A stretch of 13,043 nt of DNA from contig JBDRKP010000088.1 of assembly GCA_043813875.1 (NCBI GenBank), forward strand, positions 1 through 13,043. Reading direction: 5' to 3'. The first letter of the stretch is position 1, and each line of letters begins with the position of its first letter. The stretch comes from an archaeon (GTDB lineage: Archaea > EX4484-52 > B79-G9). Below, piece by piece: positions 1 through 7,069 of this stretch. The translations under genes and the position numbers were made by a program. The notes beneath the pieces are model-generated. The model did not search any database, was not told the DNA's origin, and saw only the letters and a list, made by a program, of their open reading frames with translations.

Positions 1-16
1 CTCACCTTACGCAAAA
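1..16 (+). repeat. Left terminal inverted repeat of IS
   Basis: CTCACCTTACGCAAAA is the exact reverse complement of 1113-1128. Confidence 0.95.
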
Positions 17-45
17 TATAAAGCACCTCGTGCATTCATATAATC

Positions 46-1122
46 ATGGATACAAAAATGCTTGACTTATACACAGATCATCTTATGGCTTGTCCAAAAT
101 ATGCAACCTCAACAGGATTGTCAGCTACACTGGACAATAAAATAAGCCATGATAAGATTACGAGATTTCTCGCTTCAGATGACTTTAACTCAAAGCAGCT
201 ATGGTTGCTTGTAAAGCCAACAGTGAGAAAAATAGAATCAGAAGATGGTGTTGTCATATATGATGATACAATCAGTGAAAAACCATACACCGATGAAAAT
301 AAAATCGTTTGCTGGCACTTCGATCATTCAAAAGGCAGAAATGTAAAAGGCATCAACATAATTACAGGACTGTATCACAATGACAATGCAACAATACCTA
401 TATCATACAAGATTATCGAAAAAACAATTGAATTTACAGACACTAAAACAGGTAAACTAAAAAGAAAAAGTGAAAAAACTAAAAACGAATTGTTTCGCGA
501 AATGATTGAAACAAGCCTGAAGAACACAATAAAATTCAAATATGTATTGGCAGATATATGGTTTTGCAGTTCGGAAAATATTGAATTCATCACAGAACAT
601 AACAAAGAATTTATTATGGGAATAAAAGCAAACAGATTGGCAGCGCTATCTGAACAGGACAAAAAAGAAGGGAAGTTTCTGCATTTGGGAGATATAGCAA
701 TAGAAGAAAATACCGCAAGAAAAGTGTATTTGAAGGGCGTAAAAGTCCCTGTACTTATAACAAAACAAATCTTTACAAACAAAGATGGAAGTACAGGTAT
801 TTTGTATCTGGCGTGCAGCAATCTTGATTTAGAGGCTTCTGAAATAAACAATATCTATCAAAAACGATGGAAAGTTGAAGAATATCACAAATCCATAAAA
901 TCCAATACAGCGCTGGAAAAATCCCCCACAAAAATTGTCAGAACTCAATCAAACCATATCTTTGCATCTATGTATGCGTTTTTCAAGTTTGAGTGTCTGA
1001 GAATGAAAACAAATTTGAATCATTTTGCTCTGAAGGCAAAGATATATTTGAAAGCTGCAAAAGCAGCTTTTGAAGAATTGCAGGAACTTAAAATTGTTCA
1101 TGAAATTGGAGGTTTTGCGTAA
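46..1122 (+). CDS. IS701-family DDE transposase
   Basis: 358 aa with family-like segments SHDKITRFL, YDDTISEKPY, ADIWF and RWKVEEYHKSIK (D, D, E triad). TATA-like AATATAAA at about 15-22. The stop codon lies inside the right TIR. Confidence 0.92.
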   Translation: MDTKMLDLYTDHLMACPKYATSTGLSATLDNKISHDKITRFLASDDFNSKQLWLLVKPTVRKIESEDGVVIYDDTISEKPYTDENKIVCWHFDHSKGRNVKGINIITGLYHNDNATIPISYKIIEKTIEFTDTKTGKLKRKSEKTKNELFREMIETSLKNTIKFKYVLADIWFCSSENIEFITEHNKEFIMGIKANRLAALSEQDKKEGKFLHLGDIAIEENTARKVYLKGVKVPVLITKQIFTNKDGSTGILYLACSNLDLEASEINNIYQKRWKVEEYHKSIKSNTALEKSPTKIVRTQSNHIFASMYAFFKFECLRMKTNLNHFALKAKIYLKAAKAAFEELQELKIVHEIGGFA

Positions 1123-1128
1123 GGTGAG
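1113..1128 (-). repeat. Right terminal inverted repeat of IS
   Basis: TTTTGCGTAAGGTGAG; contains the transposase TAA stop (1120-1122). Confidence 0.95.
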
Positions 1129-1130
1129 AT

Positions 1131-2306
1131 CTAATTGAATTTAGATTTCATGGAAAAGCAAAATATGAAATCAAGAAACTGGTTTATGAAATAAACAGAA
1201 AATTCCATTTAAGAACAAAAAGAGCAATACCACACATAACATTAGCGGGTCCATTTTATACAGATGACGAAAAAAAATTGATTGATGATTTCAATCATTT
1301 GTGTTCTAAAACTCCTTTAATCAATTTTGAAATAGATGGCTTTAGTGCTTTTGATAATAGTAAAGTTGTATTTTTAGACGTTGTTCCAAGTAAAGAATTA
1401 GAGGAATTTAGATGGACTCTTGCCCAAACATTAAAACCCTACTGTCAACTTAGACCATTTGATTATGAAAAAAAATTTACTTTTCATTCAACAATTGCTA
1501 TGAAACTACCAACTGACAAATTCGAGAAAATAAAAGAATATATCAAAGAAAAGAAAAAATTGAATTTCAAGCATGTTATGGTCCGAGCAACAATCATAAA
1601 AGGAACAATAATTTTAAGAGAATATGATTTTTTACTTAGAAGACCATTAATAAGAATCATGGCCAAAGATAAACGAATTTATTCTAAGACATTAGAATTA
1701 TTGAAAGATCATTTTGAGAATAAATACAATTTCAACGAATTTGCAGATGAAACGATTAAGATTAAAGAGAAAAGTTTTATTGATAAAGTTAAAGGGTTAT
1801 TTATAAAACCAACGATTTTTATAACGTCTGATTTGCATTTAGACCACACAAATATAATCGAGTACTGTAAGCGACCTTTTATCAATACAGAAGACATGAA
1901 TAAAACTCTTGTTGATAATTGGAATAATACGGTTAGTGAAAAAGACACAGTTTATTTTTTAGGTGATTTAGCTTTCGGCGGGGGTAGTAAATCAACAGAT
2001 TATTGGTTAAAACAATTAAAGGGTAAGATAATATTCATTAAAGGAAATCACGATAAATCAGACAAAATAAAGTTCTATGAATCTTATACACTTGATTACA
2101 AAGGTTATAAATTCCTTTTGATTCATGAACCAGAAAAAGTTCCTAATGATTGGTATGGTTGGGCAATTTGTGGACATCACCACAATAACAAAATACAAGA
2201 ATATCCATTTATCAATAAAATAAATAAAAAAATTAATGTATCTGTTGAATTGACCAAATACAAACCAGTGGCTATTGATGAATTAATCAAAAAAATAGAA
2301 GAATAA
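1131..2306 (+). pseudogene. 2H phosphoesterase (LigT/2'-5' RNA ligase-like) fused to calcineurin-like metallophosphoesterase; 5' end disrupted by IS
   Basis: The frame of ORF 1278..2306 stays open upstream to the IS edge (LIEFRFHGKAKYEIKKLVYEINRKFHLRTKRAIPHITLAGPF...). Two HxT motifs: HIT 1233-1241 and HST 1485-1493. C-terminal MPP motifs SDLH, LGD, GNHD, H and GHHH, plus HTNIIEYCKRPF/MNKTLVDNWN. No ATG or GTG precedes the first HxT, and there is an in-frame TGA at 1125-1127 inside the TIR. Confidence 0.82.
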
Positions 2307-2345
2307 TTTAATCTTCTCGCCGAATAATCTTGAAACGAGCCCCTC

Positions 2346-2431
2346 TGCCATATGCTGCCCTCACACAACCCTTGTTTTGCATGTGGCAATCCTTAAAGTG
2401 CGTTTAAGGTTAAATTCGATCAATCGAATTT
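2346..2431. repeat. Cluster of three adjacent inverted repeats between convergent genes
   Basis: TGCCATATGC 2346-2355 / GCATGTGGCA 2379-2388 (one G-U pair); CCTTAAA 2391-2397 / TTTAAGG 2403-2409; AAATTCGAT 2412-2420 / ATCGAATTT 2423-2431. Confidence 0.7.
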
Positions 2432-2471
2432 CTCAGAAGCACGAATTTAAAGTGAAATAGTATCTCGTTGA

Positions 2472-2684
2472 TTACTTTACTTTCTTTAGAGACCAATATC
2501 CATCAAAAGCAAGAACACAGGCCATTACTGAAAAAATACCCAGAATAACTAATGTCAATATTTCCATACCGCTGTCAACACCTTTACTGAAATCTTTAAA
2601 TGCAACCATTCCTTGAATTGCCGCTGCAAGTGCCATTGCAACTGTTGCTTTTGTTATTATTTTTTCAGAAATGTTAAATGCCAT
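2472..2684 (-). CDS. Small hypothetical membrane protein (2 TM segments, basic C-terminus)
   Basis: 70 aa, ATG start, two hydrophobic stretches, KKVK tail. It fills otherwise empty space and has an AT-rich TATA-like upstream region. Confidence 0.7.
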   Translation of the reverse strand: MAFNISEKIITKATVAMALAAAIQGMVAFKDFSKGVDSGMEILTLVILGIFSVMACVLAFDGYWSLKKVK

Positions 2685-2807
2685 AAATAATATATAGTTA
2701 TCAATATATTAAAAACTATACTTAATTAAACGATATTATACTATTGCGTTCGCCTTTATCTGAATTGTTTTTTAGCGGACCATAAAAATAAATAATTTGA
2801 GGATATA

Positions 2808-3512
2808 TTGAAATCCATGTCCAAGATAAAACTTGTATTTTTTGATATGGAGGGGACAATCTTTAGGAAGGTTGTGCGCAATTCTTTCGGGAATACTGCG
2901 CCGTCTGCGTGGTCGCTCATCGGAAAGAGTCTCGGGGCTCTTGCGCATGATGAAGAGGAGATGACGAAGAAGAGATGGACTTCGGGGCAGTACGCAGGTT
3001 ATGTGGAGTGGATGGAGGACACCATACGGATATACCAGAAGTACGGACTTTTGCGGGAGCAATTCGAGAAGGTCATGAGTTCTATCGAATATCACCCTGG
3101 TGTCTTTGAGACGTTTATCGAACTGAGGAAAAGAGGCATAAGAACGGCGCTCATCTCCGGCGGGTTCAAGGCGCAGGCTGACAGGGCGCAGAAGGATCTC
3201 AAGATCAATCATGCTTTCGCTGCATGCGAGCTGTTCTGGGATAAGGACGGGAATCTTCTGCACTGGAATCTCCTGCCCTCTGATTACGAGGGGAAGATCG
3301 ATTTCATGAAGCTTATCATGAAGGAGCACGGGTTGAAGAAGAGCGAGTGCGCGTTTGTCGGCGACGGGAAGAATGATGTGGCGCTTGCCAAGGTTGCAGG
3401 GATCTCGATCGCTTTCAATGGCGATGAGATGCTTGTGAAGGCTTCAACTCATTCTATTGAACAGCCTGAAGGGGAAGAGGATTTCTTGGAAATCCTGAAA
3501 TTTATCTTGTGA
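2808..3512 (+). CDS. HAD-superfamily hydrolase, phosphoserine phosphatase (SerB/ThrH)-like
   Basis: Motif I FDMEGT, motif II ISGG, motif III K (GKID), motif IV GDGKND. Start is TTG 2808 (GAGGA upstream) or ATG 2817. Confidence 0.85.
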   Translation: MKSMSKIKLVFFDMEGTIFRKVVRNSFGNTAPSAWSLIGKSLGALAHDEEEMTKKRWTSGQYAGYVEWMEDTIRIYQKYGLLREQFEKVMSSIEYHPGVFETFIELRKRGIRTALISGGFKAQADRAQKDLKINHAFAACELFWDKDGNLLHWNLLPSDYEGKIDFMKLIMKEHGLKKSECAFVGDGKNDVALAKVAGISIAFNGDEMLVKASTHSIEQPEGEEDFLEILKFIL

Positions 3513-3516
3513 CGTG

Positions 3517-4197
3517 TTACCTGACACATTTCTGCGCAAACAATACTGCAAAGTTGTAGTACTTGTACATGCAATCGACATCTTCGAATCCGGCAACTTT
3601 GAGCCAGCCCAACTGAGCATCTACTGTTGCTTCTTTGTCTACTTTCATCCTTTCGTAGTATTCCTGGACCTGTTCAATGGATGCTATGTTTTTTTCGATA
3701 AATGATCTCCAGCTGCTCTTGTAGAGGGATTCGAGAAATGGGGAGCTCCCGAGTGTTATATCTGCGTTTATGAAGATTCCGCCGGGGTTCAGGATCGAGA
3801 AGCATTTTTTGTAGAATTCAAGTTTCTTGCTGTCATCGAGATGATGAATTGAGAGTGCAGAGACGATGATGTCGTATGATTCTTTGAAGTCATGTTTTGA
3901 ATAATCATCGACGATGTAGATTATATTAGATTTATCTTGAAATCGTGATTTTGCAATATTCAGCATCTCTTCTGAAAAGTCTATGAGGGTTATATTTGCA
4001 TGGGGGTATCTTGCTATTAAATAGGATGTCAACAAGCCTGTGCCTGCGCCGATGTCAAGAATGTGAGGTGACGCGGACTCTGTTTCTGCAAGCGATGCAG
4101 CGACCTCATAGAATATTTCTAGATGAGGGATCACTTTTTTCCTGTCGGCGTCATAATCTTTTGCGCCCCTGTCGAAATTGTCTTTTACCTGTCTCAT
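3517..4197 (-). CDS. Class I SAM-dependent methyltransferase (CmoA-like fold)
   Basis: ILDIGAGTG motif I, IDFSEEML, YDIIVSALSIHHL, LNPGGIFINAD. ATG at 4197 is preferred over GTG 4224 because a GGGTGA SD lies just upstream. Confidence 0.88.
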   Translation of the reverse strand: MRQVKDNFDRGAKDYDADRKKVIPHLEIFYEVAASLAETESASPHILDIGAGTGLLTSYLIARYPHANITLIDFSEEMLNIAKSRFQDKSNIIYIVDDYSKHDFKESYDIIVSALSIHHLDDSKKLEFYKKCFSILNPGGIFINADITLGSSPFLESLYKSSWRSFIEKNIASIEQVQEYYERMKVDKEATVDAQLGWLKVAGFEDVDCMYKYYNFAVLFAQKCVR

Positions 4198-4338
4198 GGA
4201 TTTCACCCATTTAATTTCTGTCACATGAGTTTTTTATTTGTTGGGCTTTTATGACCACATATTACTCATCTAACTCTCACATTTTTGGGCGAATTTCTGG
4301 ATGAATGATATATAAGCTGAGGAGGATAATTAATTGTC

Positions 4339-5172
4339 ATGGGGACGGTCTCAAGAACGATCAAGGATAAGAAGGCGCTTGATGCGCTTATTCAATATGG
4401 GTTTTCTGATGCGGAGCTCAAGAGCGAGTATGAAGTGCGGCGGATGGCCGGGAGCGCAACTATCGTGCTTTATGGTTCAGGGAAGCTTGTCATCCAGGGT
4501 AAGGATGCAATCATATCTGAGGTCGAGAGGATCATTTTCGGGGAAGCGAGCGCAAAAGAGGAAAGGAATGTCGATGATTCTGATATTGTCAGGATAGGGG
4601 GAGACGAGTGCCTCAAGGGTGACACGTTCGGAGGGCTTGTCGTTTGCTGCGTGAGGGCGGACAGGACACAACGAATGCAGCTTTTTTCGCTCGGAGTCGC
4701 GGACTCGAAGAAGATAGCTGACGGGAAGATAAGGAAGATGGGTGAGCAGATACTTCGAGTGCTTGGAAGCGGGAATGTGTCTGTTGTCGAACTGTATCCT
4801 ATCGAGTACAATCAGACGTATTCAAAGTACATGTCTCTCACAAGAATCCTTAATGAAATGTACGGAAAAGCGGTTGAAGCGCTTGAAAATACTGAAGAAT
4901 GCGTGATCGACCAATACCCGGGATGCAGAGTCAATGGATGCAAGTCGGTCGAGAAAGGAGAGTCGAAGTACATAGAGATTGCTGCGGCGTCGGTTGTTGC
5001 GCGGTACAGAGGGCTTTTGCAGATGGAATCGATTTCAAAAAGAGCGGGTTTTGACGTACCTAAAGGCAGTACGCATGTGAAGTGGGCGCTAAGCAGGCTT
5101 AAAAGAGAGAACAGGAGCTTCAATGAATTCGTGAAGATGCATTTTCGGAATGTTTCCTGTTTTTTGGCATAA
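4339..5172 (+). CDS. rnhC: Ribonuclease HIII
   Basis: N-terminal TBP-like segment (TIVLYGSGKLVIQG) plus a type 2 RNase H core: GGDECLKGDTFG, GVADSKKI, IDQY, KGES...IAAASVVAR, PKGS, KMHFRN. SD GAGGAGG at 4319-4325; TATA TATATAA at about 4309-4315. Confidence 0.85.
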   Translation: MGTVSRTIKDKKALDALIQYGFSDAELKSEYEVRRMAGSATIVLYGSGKLVIQGKDAIISEVERIIFGEASAKEERNVDDSDIVRIGGDECLKGDTFGGLVVCCVRADRTQRMQLFSLGVADSKKIADGKIRKMGEQILRVLGSGNVSVVELYPIEYNQTYSKYMSLTRILNEMYGKAVEALENTEECVIDQYPGCRVNGCKSVEKGESKYIEIAAASVVARYRGLLQMESISKRAGFDVPKGSTHVKWALSRLKRENRSFNEFVKMHFRNVSCFLA

Positions 5173-5186
5173 ATATTGGAATCAGA

Positions 5187-5224
5187 TTTATATAGATTAG
5201 ACATAATATAGATATCTGAGGTGA
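5187..5224 (+). promoter_or_regulatory. Archaeal TATA box and Shine-Dalgarno for the small ORF at 5229
   Basis: TTTATATA at 5187-5194; GAGGTGA at 5218-5224, 4 nt before ATG. Confidence 0.6.
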
Positions 5225-5228
5225 TTTT

Positions 5229-5303
5229 ATGGGATGCAGTTGTGGTTGCGGGTCAAAGACAGACAAGAAAAAGAAATACGATAAAGAACGTGTCAATGAG
5301 TAG
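5229..5303 (+). CDS. Cys-rich basic microprotein MGCSCGCGSKTDKKKKYDKERVNE (24 aa)
   Basis: ATG 5229 to TAG 5301-5303. The GAGGTGATTTTATG initiation context closely matches that of the genes starting at 8750 and 11202. TATA box upstream. Confidence 0.62.
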   Translation: MGCSCGCGSKTDKKKKYDKERVNE

Positions 5304-6096
5304 ACTTCGGATAAACCGGGATGACTTCTTTTGAGTGAAGAGGGTCGAATCGCTCCAGTTCTTTTATTTTTATTTCTTTTACAATCCTATTTACCAAGCC
5401 GTGAAGAGATCCCGGCAGACGTATCAGATCTATTTTACCTGATGTGACCCATTCGTCGATAGGATAGCCTTTCTTTTTGAGGCTGAAGGCTAGTTTTTTG
5501 CGATCTTTCAAGGGCATCGTGTAGGCATCCTTGTCAAGGACATGGAGATGATAGCCGCGGCCGGAATATACTATCCTTATGTCACTGAAACTGTTCTCTT
5601 TTTTTAGGTACTTGTATAGGTTGATTGCCCATGATCTTGATGCTGCCAGCTGATGGGTGCAGAAACTGTAGACACTAACGCCCATTTTACGGGCGCATAG
5701 CCTGCATTCTATGTTCTCCGGGTCTATGTCGAATGCCAGTTCCTGGCCTATGAAATTAGAACATCCGGGGCAGGCCTTGCTGCGATCTGTGCAGGTACTG
5801 CAGACTACGGGATCTTTGGTCAGGTTTCTTGAGTAGTAGACGTCCTCTGGCGAGTATTTTCTGAGCTTTTCAGAGAGGTCTTTAGGGTTTGTGATATAGA
5901 GCAATTTAGTTATGTATCGCTTAAAATCGGGGTTGTAGATGCCGGATTCGTTGCCTAGATCGATTGCGTAAACAGGGGAATTGTACGGCATGATGAAGTC
6001 TTTTGATTCCTTGGGGTCGAATGCGCGGGCATAGAACCGGGTGCGCTCTTCTAATGAAGGGATGCGCATATTTGGAGGGATCGTAATGGACTCCAT
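5293..6096 (-). CDS. Archaeo-eukaryotic primase superfamily protein (divergent PriS-like)
   Basis: AEP motif I ELAFDID, motif II YSGRGYHLHV, motif III IDEWVT...LIRLPGSLHG. Cys clusters CSTC...CPGC and CRLC...CTH. Confidence 0.85.
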   Translation of the reverse strand: MESITIPPNMRIPSLEERTRFYARAFDPKESKDFIMPYNSPVYAIDLGNESGIYNPDFKRYITKLLYITNPKDLSEKLRKYSPEDVYYSRNLTKDPVVCSTCTDRSKACPGCSNFIGQELAFDIDPENIECRLCARKMGVSVYSFCTHQLAASRSWAINLYKYLKKENSFSDIRIVYSGRGYHLHVLDKDAYTMPLKDRKKLAFSLKKKGYPIDEWVTSGKIDLIRLPGSLHGLVNRIVKEIKIKELERFDPLHSKEVIPVYPKSTH

Positions 6097-6326
6097 ACGA
6101 AGAATATATGGGCTTGATCACTAATAAATCTGAGATTCCGGATGATACAGGAAATACAACTAATATATCAGGAGTTAATATAGGTAAAGGTATTAAATAA
6201 AAATAAAATAGAATTTAAGTTTGAATATATGCAAAAAATAACAGTTATTATAAGACAAATATATTAAGTTTGAAATCTAATTCATACTAGCATAAATATT
6301 GAATTTAACCATGGAGGTGGTTAGAG

Positions 6327-6974
6327 ATGGTTTTGGAAACAGTTACTGCAAGCCTTAATAACGCAGTAGGCAGTGCAATCAGCATTCTGCCGCAGGTAGT
6401 TGGAGCTCTTATCATTTTGATTATCGGGCTTCTTGTCGGTAAACTCGTCGGCAAAATAGGCGCCAAAATACTGGATAAATTAGGCGTGGATGACGTCATC
6501 GGAAAAACGGTCATCGGAGACATCATCAAAAGCACGAAGATGAGCATTGTCGGATTTCTTGATGCGATAATACGCTGGTTCATATACCTGATATTCATAC
6601 TGGCGGCGGTGGATATACTCAAATTGAGTACTGTTTCGGCACTTATTGCAAGCATTGTAAAATATATGCCAAATTTCTTCTCTGGTTTGATTATACTTGT
6701 CGGCGGTATCGTTATCGTAGATGTGGTTGTAAACTGGATCGATTCTGTTGTGACAAGCATGAAAATCAGTGGCGGAAAACAACTGCTGATAATCATCAGG
6801 GCGTTCATGTTCCTGATAATCGCAATACTTGCCATGGATCAGTTCCTGATTGATACGACGATAATATATACGTTCCTTGGCCCGCTTGCGTGGGCTGTTG
6901 CAGTCATTCTCGCGTTCAAGTATGGAGTGAAGGATGCGCTTGTGGCTTATGCAAAGGAGCGCAAAGGCAAATAG
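6327..6974 (+). CDS. Conserved TM-helix repeat protein (CmpX / MscS-associated)
   Basis: Two repeats, LPQVVGALIILIIG and MPNFFSGLIILVGG. Highly hydrophobic. SD GGAGGTGG upstream. No MscS cytoplasmic domain is present. Confidence 0.8.
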   Translation: MVLETVTASLNNAVGSAISILPQVVGALIILIIGLLVGKLVGKIGAKILDKLGVDDVIGKTVIGDIIKSTKMSIVGFLDAIIRWFIYLIFILAAVDILKLSTVSALIASIVKYMPNFFSGLIILVGGIVIVDVVVNWIDSVVTSMKISGGKQLLIIIRAFMFLIIAILAMDQFLIDTTIIYTFLGPLAWAVAVILAFKYGVKDALVAYAKERKGK

Positions 6975-6986
6975 GGCTATCTTATT

Positions 6987-7029
6987 TGTGAGGAGTTATC
7001 CTCACATTTTTATTTTTTTTCTCTTTTTT
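6987..7029 (+). terminator. Hairpin plus long T-tract terminator
   Basis: TGTGAGGA-GTTA-TCCTCACA (6987-7006) followed by a T-rich run to 7029, 12 nt after the stop codon. Confidence 0.75.
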
Positions 7030-7069
7030 CGGTTAAGAATATATAAGTTGTTGAATATCATATCTTAAT

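Larger units (their letters stand above)
1..1128 (+). mobile_element. Insertion sequence, IS701-family-like, complete
   Basis: Perfect 16-bp terminal inverted repeats CTCACCTTACGCAAAA (1-16) and TTTTGCGTAAGGTGAG (1113-1128) bracket a single DDE transposase ORF. The TSD cannot be assessed because the left flank is outside the window. Confidence 0.93.

Noticed and set aside
2305..2416. Integron attC site (ATTTAAT...GTTAAAT)
   Set aside because: The invariant AAC/GTT pair is broken (AAT), no convincing L boxes are visible, and there is no second site or integrase in the window. It is kept only as a generic structured element.
2772..3329. 185-aa minus-strand ORF
   Set aside because: Antisense shadow of the HAD gene with no recognisable motifs.
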